Below are positions 47,250-58,996 of a stretch of 58,996 bases of DNA, in pieces. Every line of letters starts with the position of its first letter. Within the stretch, counting starts at the first letter, position 1. The DNA lies in NCBI GenBank assembly GCA_032718475.1, contig JAUCBJ010005345.1, positions 1-58,996 of the forward strand. The letters are read 5' to 3'. Source of the stretch: Nemertoderma westbladi (taxonomy: Eukaryota > Animalia > Xenacoelomorpha). The notes under the pieces are model-generated. The model had not been told where the DNA came from, ran no database searches, and saw only the letters and a list, made by a program, of their open reading frames with translations. The translations under genes and the position numbers were made by a program.

Positions 47250-47576
47250 TACGGGGTTTTATCAGAACGAATCATTAAAAGTCCCGCTGACATTTAACTA
47301 ATAAGAAACCCCCTAATATATAATTTAAGGGGTTTTATCAGAAATTAAATCCCATATTGAAGGTGCTTAAACATAGTTTTTTCCTACTTAGGGGGTTTTA
47401 ACAGATCAAGCGATATTTAGACGGATCTTATAATGCGTTTTTCTCCGTTAATAACGCTCTTTTAACTTCTGGGGTTTTGTCAGAAGGTGGATATTAATCT
47501 AAGGTACCGGAATCACCAAAAACCTGAAAATGGCCAAAAATCGACTTAAGGGGTTTTACCAGATTACTCACGATAT
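47250..47576. mobile_element. DNA-transposon end with five dispersed GGGGTTTTrwCAGA subterminal motifs
   Basis: Motif at ~47252, 47328, 47392, 47471 and 47549; family unassigned. Confidence 0.4.
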
Positions 47577-48262
47577 ACAGTACAGTTTTCAGCTAGAGGT
47601 CAAAATATCAGAAAATGAAAACGTTTTTCTGAAAACCATTTCGTTATTTGTAATCTGTTTAAGCCGAAACTTGATAGATATACATGCTAGACCGTAGACC
47701 ATCAACAAGCTGCGTCTATGTTGGGACAGTAATCCAACAGCTGTTCTCCAATCTACCGCTAGTGGGCTGAAATGAAAACATTATAAAAATATCTGAAATT
47801 AAAACCTTCGCCATTTCGTATTATTGTTTATAATCCTTTCTTTCTGATTGATACCTGGCACATATTCTAGACCTCAGTCTGAGTTATTGTGAGGCCTTAA
47901 ATCGACTGCAGTTACCCAATTTACTTAATTTTAGGTGATAAAAGTGATTAGGGAAGGGACATCTGCTAGATTTTGCTTTAATTCTTTCGAGTTGACACTT
48001 AACACACTTTATCTCACGTGCTGCATATTTAAATATGTGGTGTGTAATTAATACTGGTTAACCAACTTCATTAATTATTATTAGTTAATTAATTGTGTCA
48101 TAATTACCTATTAACTTACTCTAAATACTGTAGATTGATATTACAAAGTAGCATTAGATTATGACGCGATTCAATTTAATTATAAAATACTTGTATTAAC
48201 TGCCTCAATTGTATTTCTATTCCTATTACATTCAATCCAATTCAATATAAAACTTTACTCAC

Positions 48263-48501
48263 ATTCCACAGACGACTCGTACGGATGATACGATGTTATT
48301 CATTCCGTCAGCTGATAACTCTGCGGAGTCGGTTGTCATGGAGTAGCCCTTGAATGTGCCTGACTGGTCATCGTCATTGTAAAGGTAAATCTCTGGTGCA
48401 CAGTCGGCGATTTCCTCACCAGTGACCCGATTGGTCGTCCAGACGACAAGAGTGATCGCCCAGACCAACACTAGAAGTCCGGTAGGCCTACCTACTTGCA
48501 T
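48263..48501 (-). CDS. Paralogous crystallin first coding exon (signal peptide plus Greek key 1), intact
   Basis: MQVGRPTGLLVLVWAITLVVWTTNRVTGEEIADCAPEIYLYNDDDQSGTFKGYSMTTDSAELSADGMNNIVSSVRVVCG. Phase-2 donor GTGAGT at 48262. Acceptor-like tgtAG 7 nt before the ATG. Confidence 0.8.
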
Positions 48502-48574
48502 AGTAAATCTACAGCATGAACAGTGATATACAGTATACAGTATAATTGTTAAATAAATGTTACTATGTTGTAAT

Positions 48575-49049
48575 TAGGGCCTGAAGCGGTTAAACGGTTA
48601 ACCCGTTAACCAGTTAATTCAAATTAACCGGTTAGAAATTGATTAACCGGTTAACCGGCTTAATGTGCCATTTTGAGGTTTTCAGGTTCTGTTACCAGTT
48701 TTATTACCTGTATGTTACCATTTTAAGGTGTATTTCTCATTGTGATGTTTCAGAAATTCATTTTGTACTGTATGCAGCTGTAGGACTACAGTACAGTATA
48801 CATACACTATAGTACTGGTGGCTCTATCACAATAGAGCAATATAGGCACTTAACAGTATTGCAAGTAGGGACGCATACCTCTTAGCTTAGCTTACATAAT
48901 AAATATACATACCGGTACTGTAGTTATCAATAGAGTGAGATTTTAAAGATAATTTCAACCTAAAACAATCATTTCTACTTTTTAACCGGTTAACCGGTTT
49001 TGGAAATGGTTAACCGGTTGAAGGAAAAATTAACCCACTTCAGGCCCTA
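48575..49049. mobile_element. hAT-type MITE
   Basis: TIRs TAGGGCCTGAAG / CTTCAGGCCCTA, 8-bp TSD GTTGTAAT (48567-48574, 49050-49057), and subterminal (TTAACCGG)n repeats. Confidence 0.9.
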
Positions 49050-49789
49050 GTTGTAATTTAATGAGATTTACGGATTACAACTGATGCATATATCCCTTTA
49101 TTGTTATATTAATTTACTTGCGGAAATGATTTATACAACTACTGTATTCCTACTGTACTGCATCTCAGATTCCACGCTACAATATTTACAATACCCGCGC
49201 CGTTGGGGCTTATCGACTCAAATTCCACGTACGTAAAAAAGTTGAGTAAAATAACAAACGGAGGGATTACAAGTTCACTTGAGTTCAAACCTAAAAAGTA
49301 GAACAGATGTGAAAAATTCCTCTAGAAGTCCTCTAGAAATGTTATACTGTAGAAGTCCTTACTGTAACAATATCAATAATATACTGAACGTTTTTATATC
49401 ATAAATTGGGAACAGAGCAATAAAACACAATAGCAATAAAAACACAATAACATTTCGCGTAATAATTCGTGTACCTACTCAATAAAAATATATTAGTGGC
49501 ACTCAGACGACATGCCAGCGAGGTACCACAGAATGCAAATACAGTATATGAAGTAAAGTAATTGAATTTAAGATAAAATATAAGTGTAGGCCTAATTAGT
49601 AGTTCCTGTGACTACGGGAGCAGATATGACAGTTCAAATAATTATACCAACTGAAATATATCAATCAACTACAGTATAGCCCTGATTCCTGAACGTGAAC
49701 AACATACATACTGTAGACGTATTCCACGTACATACTGTAGACGTATTCCACAAACCCTTAAAATATGGTAGTGCAGTATATCGGCAGAA

Positions 49790-50560
49790 ATTAATGAGGC
49801 TCTAAATGTTTGTTGTGGGAGATATAATTAAATTGTTTGATAAGTTGTTCCAGATATTTTTAAAGCGCACCGAAATATGATATTGTTGGATACAACTATG
49901 TAATTGATGTAGGGATTGTTAAATTTTTCAGTGACCTCCTGTGCTAGAATTTTAAGACAGATTAAAAATTTCATTTGTTTTGGTATTAATCGTAATTATT
50001 TTGTGAATTTCAGTTAGGTCAGCTTCAATTCTACGAATTTCCAGTGGTTCTTCATTTAAATGTAACAATCGATCGCTATATGAATAATTTTTCATGCCAG
50101 GTAAATGTCTAACAAAATCTCTTTGAACTCGTTCTATTATGTTGATGTCACGATCAATAGATGGTTTTCCACATTGGAGAGTTGAATTCCAGAATAGGTC
50201 TTGCGAAAACTTTCATTAAATTAAATGTAAAATTTGAGTTACGGTGACCAAAACTGCCGTAGTATTTGAAAACATATCTTTCTGGCCTTACCAGAGATTG
50301 TTTGTATGTGTTCGCTGAACCATAAGTCGGCAGATACTTCAATACCGCGAGGTCGCGACACGAAGGTTTATTGGCAATTGTGACGCGGCGTCCATAGTGT
50401 ACGTAGGAATACGATCGAATGAAGGAGATTGCAAGGAGACAAAGACAATGACATTATTTTCTTAAGATTAAAATATAGTTGCCATGTCCCGACCCATGCA
50501 CATATAGTGTCGATGTCGGATTGCAAGACATACACAAAAATCTGAAAAATAAAGAATACT
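49790..50560 (-). mobile_element. CR1-group LINE fragment
   Basis: FARPILEFNSPMW, IERVQRDF, YSDRL.HLN..PLEIRRIEADL. Confidence 0.75.
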
Positions 50561-51389
50561 GTAGACGCATTGAGATCATATTATATGCCATTGATGAACG
50601 GGACGACGAATAACAGTGGCGATATTAACACTTCCCTGTGGTACCACACTGGTTACCGAAATTGCACACGATAACTTATCATTTATTTTTGTCCGTTGTC
50701 ACGCTACCAGATAAGAAGGATTCCAACCATGCTACTGTAGAAGATTACCGTCGATCTCATAGCTTTTGAGTTTGCAGATCAGTTTGGGATGGGAAACTCG
50801 ATCAAAAGCACGCTTAAAATCGGAGTACAGGATATCTATATAGGTGTATGTATCAAGTATGTATATATATTATTGACAATCATATATAAATACTGTATTA
50901 ACTATTAACTAAGGTATAATACTCTATGTAGATAGAAGATGAGTTGTTGGTGGGGATACGAGACGCAAATCCCGTCTAATGCGAATTACTATAACGCGGA
51001 TTGTATATCTTAATCCCGAACAGTTAGGTTTGTGGTTCCGAACATAACGTTTAACTAATATGAAACACCACGATATAACGTCGTTCCGATATTCATAATT
51101 CCTAGGCCTACAATCAATATTTTTATAATTTTTGCCGTAGGCCTATCTTACCCCAAGCCCCACAACAATCTGTACCGAATAGCTGTAGGTTGCGTCTGGC
51201 GACGGATAATTGCATCTCAGGACCAGTTCCTGATAAACGACGGGGAAGGGCGCCGGGCACATGCCAGGATTTTGGATGGCCAGAAAATTCGGGGAAACAA
51301 ATTTATTATTTAGGTTTAATTAGCCTCGCTTCGCTCTACATATTATACATTATTATTATTTATTACAATATTATACAGTACAAGATAGA

Positions 51390-51990
51390 TAGATTTATTT
51401 ATACATTATGTAAAAACAATAACAAATACACCAAACAATGTACCGGTATAAAGGTATTGTCCAACATAACATATAGGAGTACACCTAAAGCTTTGCAGCT
51501 TATTTCCAAGGGGGTCCTTTATGTTACTTGGTTACAAATACAATATTACACTACGCTAACCTAAAACCAATATAAAACGTAATATGTACACTATGTACAT
51601 GTACAACTTTACCGAGAGCGTGACAATGCCCGACTCAACGATAAAGATGTAATGTACAGAACAATTAATTATAAAACGTAATTACAGTATAAATAGTAAA
51701 TAATTAATAAACTACAGTAATAACTTACTGTAGGACTATTGTACCTATTTTTACATTGCACACGGAGGTGAGATTTAACTGCAGATTTAAAAGAATGTTG
51801 ATTATCTAGGTTTTTAATTTCATTAGGCAGATCGTTCCAATATTTAATACCGTTAAAAAAGAAAGTATCAGATTCAAAGGATTTACAATTCGGGAGGTAG
51901 AAGTTTGAAGCACTAGCTCTGGTACTGTAAGAGTGTGTATCGCGTACTCTGTTGAATTTTTGTTTTAGGTAATTATGGGACTGGAGTATG
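51390..51990 (-). mobile_element. L2/CR1-group LINE 3' fragment
   Basis: TFFFNGIKYWNDLPNEIK..FKS motif, followed by an AT-rich 3' UTR on the minus strand. Confidence 0.6.
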
Positions 51991-52589
51991 TTGCTATATT
52001 GTATAGCATAGCGCTGTATTACTTCTACAGAATTATGCGGCGCGACGTTTAATTCTACGGAATTTTGTCACCTATTTGCAAATTCTTGAATTCTCGAGGA
52101 TTCAATTCTTGACGATTCTCCTCATTGATACTTACCCACCGTTCGCAACACAGTTTGCTTCATCGCATTTACAGTAGATAGGTCTAATACAGTATCACCA
52201 CTATTTAATTTAAATAATAGGAAAAAAATATGCTTTTACTTTCATTTTTTCTATTAATTTCTTCTATATTTGCCACTGGTTGCTGAGCTCTCCAGACCCC
52301 CACTAGGGGCTCTAACGCTGGACCCTGGACCTGGAGGCCTCGGGGAAGGCTTGGGTTGCTTCGTTCTCGACCCTTAGTTTGTAATCCAGACATCCTGGTT
52401 ACCAGGTTACTATATAAACAGCTGTAAATATATAATATAACTGCTATAATTAAATTGGTTAGGCCTAATATGTAATACAGTAATACTGTCAGCCTGTCTG
52501 AATGTAAGAGTAAGATACAGAGATAGTACTGTCAGACTGTAGTACAGTACTGCAGTAGCAATTACTGTAATACTGCAGTACTGTAATAG

Positions 52590-52909
52590 GTACCGGTACC
52601 CCCGAGCCCCTACCGAAACCTGCTCTGCTACAACGCGACAGGCCAACGCCGACCCCAGCAGGTGACACGTGACATGCAGACCAGCAGACATCTGGCTGTC
52701 TGGAAAATGACATGCGCACACATGACAGGGCAGGGGCAGCCCATCCCCAGGCAGCGGCAGCCAGGGCCGAGCGAGGCTAGGCTTCATAATTCGGATTTGG
52801 GCCGCCACTCAGCCACTCTCAGACTCTTGTAACGTGCGAGGTCGACGAACTGACGAGAATCGTCTGACAGTCTGACCGTGAAAAAATGGCGCACTGACGA
52901 CTGGCGCAG
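52590..52909 (+). promoter_or_regulatory. GC-rich promoter and probable non-coding first exon of the CATIP-like gene
   Basis: Local GC/CpG enrichment, E-box GACACGTGAC at ~52664, YY1-like AAAATGGCG at ~52883, and donor CAG|GTAGT at 52909/52910. Confidence 0.45.
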
Positions 52910-53409
52910 GTAGTGCTGTAGTGTGATGTTATATCCAGATATCCCCTGTGCCTGTTAGGCATAGGCATTACAGCATTAGCTGATTAGGGTCCCTATTGAA
53001 AAGTTTTATTTTCTGCACCGAACTGCCGAACAGCCGAACGCGGCGCCAAATACTGAAATATAATACTGTCAGACTGTAATATCTAGGCTGCTAGAGGCCT
53101 AAGGCCTATACCAGCAGACCAGTATACTAACTACCGAATATGCGTAGGCCTACTGCTGTACTGGAATAGTGGAATACGCGGTAGTCAGATAGTGTATACC
53201 GAGTACGGCTGTCAGGCTGTACGGTACGGTACCAGTACTGCAGTACTGACTGATACAAACACAGATACATACAGTGTACAGTTACAGTACAGTCTCAATC
53301 TCAAGCTGTCAATTCTCAGTGTTAGTCTGTCAGTTTGCCTGCGCTCAGAAAAATCTGGCTACGGTAACAAAGCGGAAAAAGCTAATTTTTCGCTAACAAA
53401 GTAGGCCTA

Positions 53410-54540
53410 TTTGGTTAATTTTCCCACCACGGATTTCATTACGGCTTGTGATTTATTTAATGCATTAGTCAGTTAGTTAAGCCAATTATGACATATGGTT
53501 GCGAAGTTTGGGGTTTTTGTTCGTCAGTTGATACAGAACGTGTCTTATTAAAATTCTTAAAGAACCGCCTTGGAGTGAAGGTAACAACCCAAACTTCATG
53601 GTTTGCGGTGAATCTGGCATTTTTCCGCTAGAAATTGAAAAATACTGTAGGATTATAAAGTATTGGTTAAAGTTACTAAGGTGCAATGACTCTAGATTAG
53701 TTAAACAGGCCTATATTTTGCAATTGAATGGACTAAATCTGTAAATACTGGTAGAACAAGGGATGGTGGAAATTGGACTATCTCGGTGCGTAATTTACTA
53801 AATAATCTGGGATTTACTTGGGCAGTTGGGTGTTGGAAAGACAGAAAGACCCGGGGACATATTAAATGAGAGGAAATTCATTCTAAATGTTCGTGAACGA
53901 CAATGCACCCAGTTCATACAGGGTTGGTGGGGTGCCATCGAGCGGTCGCCGAAGGGTATGCTCTATAGCAAGAGGGATTTCAGTTTGGAGAATAACCTAT
54001 CTCTGTTGAGAGGTCACGGAGGTGTTAGGTTGATTTCCAGGTTCAGGTGTTCGTCACATGCACTTCTGATCGAGAGCGGCCGGTGGTATAAAATACCCAG
54101 AGAATCGGGAATCTGCCCGGTTTGTAATAAAAATGATATAGAGAATGAATATCATTTTTTGTTGGAGCGTGATCTGCGTGCATGAAGCACTTCTCTGGGC
54201 GCTACAATGTGAATCCCACTATATTTAAATACCATGAGCTAATGGGGGCAACTACCAGGGAAAAACTACTGAAGTTAGGCCGTTACCTTAACAGCTTAAT
54301 GAGGCTTTTCGGGTTAGGGAGAACATTCTGTTTATGCAATGTCGTTCCATATAATTTTCATATCAATTATTTTTGTGGGAATTATACAGTATGTGCTTTC
54401 GTCGGTTTATTTTTTTAAACCTAAAATTTATTTTATATTAGTGGATTTTCTTTGTTTTTATTATCTGCTTATAGTTTTTTGTGCAATTAATTGTGCGGTC
54501 ACTAATAGCCTTAATTGGTTGATGTGCCTATTATACAACC
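53410..54540 (+). mobile_element. Degenerate LINE ORF2 C-terminal fragment (same type as 1-480), upstream of the first CATIP coding exon
   Basis: MVCGESGIFPL..IIKYWLKLL, RFRCSSHALLIESGRW..CPVC..ENEYHFLL. Confidence 0.75.
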
Positions 54541-54676
54541 GCTAATCTGTTAGTAACCAATGCAGCAGTAGTACCCAGTACCAGTCAGCCAAGCCAGTAT
54601 CTATGATCTAGTACCGCTGCAGTCTGACAGTAGTAGTTAGTGCGGATACGGCTGATGTTCTATTGAGCATTGGAGC

Positions 54677-54832
54677 ATGGAAGTTAACGACCAAGTAACC
54701 GCCTCGGCCGATGATGATGCCGGTACTCAGCCTTTTGAGAATGTGCCGTTAGAAAATGACAACCCCACGTCCTCGTCCTCCTCAGCTTCTGTTGCCTTTC
54801 TTAATTCCATCGATCCTAAGGAAATATTTAAA
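54677..54832 (+). CDS. CATIP: Ciliogenesis-associated TTC17-interacting protein homologue, coding exon 1
   Basis: ATG to AAA|GTAAGT, 52 codons. SASVAFLNSIDPKEI resembles the vertebrate CATIP A..FL.S....EL segment, recalled from memory. Confidence 0.7.
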
Positions 54833-55035
54833 GTAAGTTCTGTAGGTCGGTATTACCGGTACCTCTCCCCTCCTAATCTCCCTCCATTCAGCCATATACC
54901 ATTAATATTAATATATTGGTATAATCGTACGGTACTGTAATCATTAAGCAATGTTTCTAATCCTAGAGTTTAGCATTTATCACCATACACAGCCATATCA
55001 GCATATGCCTATATCAGTATGTATGTATGTAACGT

Positions 55036-55203
55036 TAGGGTGGTCCAAAAAAACGTTTTCCATTTTGATATTCTGATAGTGTTTAATATGTAACAAAACT
55101 GAAAAAAAAAGTTGAGCTTTTTTTTTGAAGCTTTTTTTCAGCGTTACATATTAAACACTGTCAGAATATCAAAATGAAAAAAAAGTTTTTTTGGACCACC
55201 CTA
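55036..55203. mobile_element. Palindromic hAT-like MITE in a CATIP intron
   Basis: TAGGGTGGTCCAAAAA / TTTTTGGACCACCCTA near-perfect fold-back; imperfect TSD ATGT(T)AACGT. Confidence 0.7.
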
Positions 55204-55592
55204 ATGTTAACGTACAGGCAGACTGATACAGGTACGGTACCATCGCTATTACTTTGGCCTATGACATTACAGGTACCGCTACCGGTATACTAGTATATGT
55301 TACCGTACCGGTATTGTAAAAAACAATATATTTAGGATTTAAGTCATGAGTTTTTATGTTTTTTAACATTTGATAGTTTTACAGTTTGTTACCCCACAAT
55401 CCGTGCCCCAAATTTAATTGTGCATTGATGGAATTAGGGTGTTACTTACATTGTTACCTTTAAGTTCGGGTATATTTAAAATAAATTAAAATTCGTATGA
55501 GTGAGATATAAAGCACTACAATAGCAGTAAGGGTGAACAGTGAACACAACAGGTCTAGTTTTTCATTATTGTGTCGCTTCTCTGTATTACAG

Positions 55593-55860
55593 GTGCAATA
55601 TGCGGACACACTGACTGCTTATGCTGACACTAAAGATATTGGGGAATTCTTGGTAACTGTGGATAATGTTTACCGTGATGGTTTCGGCGACGTTTTATTA
55701 ATTCGAGTTAATAGCCGTAGTGTAGTCGATTCTGTTCCTTGCGGCACTTCCGTGACATGTTACGCCACCCATCGACTGGAAACCATAGAACAACACCACC
55801 ACGAGTTTGTGAAAGTCACAGGCAACCTATTGGATCGAAACACCCATATAATACTCAATG
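55593..55860 (+). CDS. CATIP: CATIP homologue, coding exon 2
   Basis: tacAG acceptor and G|GTGCGT donor, 268 nt. VPCGTSVTCY..RLETIEQHHHEFVK is a characteristic CATIP motif. Confidence 0.82.
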
Positions 55861-55964
55861 GTGCGTTGACTTTTTTCAGAATTAACTAACTTATTTTACT
55901 CTACTTCATTGCATCATGAAATATAGGTATAATGATTTAGTTATATCTATAATTATTACCAGTA

Positions 55965-57700
55965 ATTACAACCTATTATTAAATAACCTCGGCTTCGCCT
56001 TGGTTATTATTACTGACCCTAGGGTAAATAACTCGGAAAATAACTCAAAATGCGGGCAATGCATTTGTTGTCAACCCATGTTTTTCGGCAAAATCATACT
56101 TTTCTAGAGCGAGTTATTTTTACATAGAAAATAAATGCTAAGTTGAAACACCAGCCCTAGGGTAAACAACCAATCAGCCCTAGGGCAAACAACCAGTTGT
56201 TTCCTGCTTTTTAAACGAAAGTTTAATTCAAGCTAATCTAAATGAAAATACCAATATGGCTACAAAACCTGCCTTGAATGCGTTTCAAAACTTTCTCTGT
56301 CTCACCAAGTGCAATAGGCCGAAAAAAATAAATAAGAAAAAAATAACGGGGATAAATTTGAAACTACAACATTGAGATCATACTTCTTTGGTCTTTTACG
56401 TTATTTTACGTTAGGTTATGGGGACATTTTGAAGCTTCCAGAATTTAGTCTCTCAGCTAAAGTATTCAATGCAAGACTGAAGCAATTGAAAGCTTCGGGA
56501 AAAGGAAATTTTCCAAATGCCAGTGACACTCTTACTAATTTGGATTTCAAGAAGATGGAAGAGCTCAGTTTGCTTGGTCATGATAATCCCATCATGCTTC
56601 AAAACACGTTATATGTGGTTTTTCTCATGCAGTTTGGAGGTCGTCCCGGCAAGGAAATGCGCGAAATATTGATCAAAAACATAGAGCAGGGCTATTGTGT
56701 GGATAGTAAATCATTCTATTTGACACTAACTGAACGAACAACCAAGACAAGATCAGGGGCATTAGGTACTGGGAGAAAGTTGTTGAAGCAGAAAGCATTT
56801 GCAGTAAAGTCAAACAATAAGATTTGTCCCGTGTTTCTGCATGATTTTTATATGAAAAAGAGATTTGTAGATGGCGACGTAGTTCCCGAGGAGCCATATT
56901 TCGTTCGTGCAAATGGATTTATCCCGTCCGATGATAAGAGCATGTACTGTCACCAACCTGTTGGAACAAAATTCTTTCAAAGATGATTGATCTCACTGGA
57001 AGAGCTGATGGTAGAAAGATAACCCTTATGAGTTACAGAAAGGCCACTGCTAAAGCCATTGTTGATAATCAACTCCCGGTCAACTATGCACAGCACCAGC
57101 TCGGACATAAAAACCTGGCTACAACGTCTACAACGGCTACAACATCTTCCTTCATTCTTGAAACCAACATCCACAGCTCAGCGTGAAGTTTCTTTGGCAG
57201 TTTCGTCAATGGTTACAGGGCATAAAAAGGCGAATGAGTCTTCGCGATCTGAGTGCCACAGATACGATTCGATTTCAACCTCTGGTGACTCTTTACCTTC
57301 CCACTGGACCCCTGGGCCTGCCATTGCATCCTCGCAATCAGTCAGTAATAAATCATCTGCTGAGCTGACAAACTCCATAATGTTAGGTAACACTATAAAT
57401 GGACCAATTCAGATTAATATTATAGGTGAATCATCAGGAGTGGCTATCCCGCCCTTCCCTGCACAACTACAGACATCACATAGTGAGCACACATTACTCC
57501 ACAAGCCAATGCCCAACAACAGCCACCGAATCCACCTAATTGGAACACTTATCTCCCGTCTAATGGAACAATGCCAACTACTTCTAATGAGTTATCTGTC
57601 CCCATGGAAGACCCCTGGTACTATCACTTCGAACCTGCTTCTTATTTCGAGTTGTAATTTCGATTAATTTCATAGTAAATTGAATTTATTCCGAAACATA
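55965..57700 (+). mobile_element. Crypton-type tyrosine recombinase (DUF3504/ZMYM-KCTD1-like) DNA transposon relic, frameshifted
   Basis: GKGN.PN, LLG..P..LQ, FGGR..E, ERTTKTRSG, CPV...Y..KR, QPVG, then SYRKAT and LGHKN in a shifted frame. Hairpin-like left end AATAACCTCGGCTTCGCCTTGGTTATT. Confidence 0.75.
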
Positions 57701-58198
57701 AATACTGTGTTGTAGTCAAATAGAAATAATTTATTTAATTGCAATTATCTAATTAATATAAATTAAAATACATTTTAATGTGAGCCCTATGGCAAATTCC
57801 CCCAAAAATATCAAGCCCCATTTTATTCCCCCCCCCCCCCCCCCCCCCCCCCCCCAACAAAGCCCTCTTAGAATTAATTGTTAACTGACCAGTACAAATT
57901 GGTTTTTTAGCCGAAAAATATAGGTTGACGATAAAACCAGGGGGGGGGGGGTCCTTTATACGTCCCCAAGAGAGATAGTCTTCGGGTTGACTAACCGGTT
58001 TTTGTGTTTAACCTCCACCTATATACCACTTTACTTCACTCAGGGAGTAAAATAAACTTCGCAGAATTACTTTAATATCCATAACCCGAAATTGATATAT
58101 TATAACTGATATCTCCATAGTTATGTAAATTTATTTTTACCTTCGTCCAGGTCTACAATTTGTATTTAATTAATTCACTACCTCTTCCTACCTGATAG

Positions 58199-58365
58199 AC
58201 GATGTTTACACTGTAACCAGGACAACCACTGAAGGTAGCTCCACCAGCACCCGTACCGAGACGTTCACTAAGGACCAGATGTCCGGCTTTATATCGGAGG
58301 GAGTCAGCATTGTTCTACAGCGGCTAATCATACGTAGTGTATTGGATGAAGGTAAAACTCTCGAG
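58199..58365 (+). CDS. CATIP: CATIP homologue, coding exon 3; the gene continues beyond the window
   Basis: gatAG acceptor, phase-1 join, GAG|GTAAGT donor. DDVYTVTRTTTEG...MSGFISEGVSIVLQRL contains the GFISE motif of CATIP. Confidence 0.82.
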
Positions 58366-58391
58366 GTAAGTGAAACTCATGACGGAATTGT

Positions 58392-58458
58392 AAGCGGGTC
58401 TTGAGCCCACGACCTCTGGGGGGATGTGAATTACAGGCAATGGATTTAACCAGTTACA
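58392..58458 (-). mobile_element. Diverged tRNA-SINE head related to 4110-4180
   Basis: gagcccacgacct..gatgtgaatt matches gaacccacgacct..gatgtgaatt of the SINE. Confidence 0.45.
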
Positions 58459-58996
58459 TTTTGTTTATTATCAGTAAAGGGAATTGTAGTAAAACATGGA
58501 ACAATGGTCAACTACAATTTCTAGTGGCTGTAACACCAAGCCACATTACAATATCGCTATTTATAACCTTTTCTTATTAAATTTAGTTTCCGTCTTTCGA
58601 TTCCGATCTCAATCTTGTCACAACCGAATACAAGTTGGCTGATACACGGGAGCAGGTCATCGCTGATGAAAGTCATGACGTCATTGGTCTGTCACGTTGT
58701 CTCATTTCTCCCAACGAGCCGCCGATGTCGTGGGTCTGCTACTTCCTTCCAGACGGACATCTGGCGTCCAGGGTTCAGGTTCGTTGTTTGTTTAATTACG
58801 GTGATATTTCAATAACATTTCCTTAATTATTTCGCAGTAGCAGTGGCTAGTCTATAGCGGAACAATGGATACGAGTCTTCTGTTGTGGAAATAAAGATTG
58901 GGTGGTTATAGAGTGTTAAACTTTGGGAGTTCGAGTGGCGCCCTCCCTCCCATATAGGTTGTCAAGGTCAATAGAGACGACATCGATACGAAAAGG

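Noticed and set aside
40320-48260. Private exons 2-4 for the 42-kb and 48-kb crystallin exons
   Set aside because: I inspected candidate AG acceptors by eye (e.g. ~40495, ~42900, ~47770, ~47962). None gives a WxxYxxxFxG-type frame. A manual search can miss diverged exons, so this is provisional.

Overview
This is AT-rich, intron-containing animal (probably invertebrate) genomic DNA dominated by transposable elements; it is not prokaryotic. Two host genes can be rebuilt by hand from exons that the ORF track splits or misses. (1) A minus-strand, 4-exon, 212-aa secreted protein made of four beta/gamma-crystallin Greek-key motifs: join 20345-20137, 18421-18267, 15439-15289, 7130-7007, with all GT-AG sites and phases consistent. 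Two further paralogous 'signal peptide + Greek key 1' exons lie upstream on the same strand (48501-48263 intact; 42295-42054 with an in-frame TAG). They end at the identical phase-2 donor and have no recognisable downstream exons of their own, which suggests a variable-first-exon/constant-exon locus. (2) The 5' coding exons of a plus-strand CATIP (C2orf62) homologue: 54677-54832, 55593-55860, 58199-58365, continuing past the window. The centre holds a 34-bp satellite split into three blocks by a LINE tail, a degenerate BEL/Pao LTR retrotransposon and a near full-length RTE LINE. In its env position the BEL element carries a ~840-codon ORF with a DEDDy (WRN/EXD2/Mut-7-like) 3'-5' exonuclease and CCHC zinc knuckles. 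Other elements: an Academ-like fold-back element rich in X-box palindromes (with nested RTE and tRNA-SINE), Helitron-like copies, CRE/REL non-LTR fragments, piggyBac-like, hAT and Harbinger MITEs, Penelope and CR1/L2 fragments, and a Crypton tyrosine-recombinase relic inside a CATIP intron. All family assignments come from motif recognition by eye; no database search was run.
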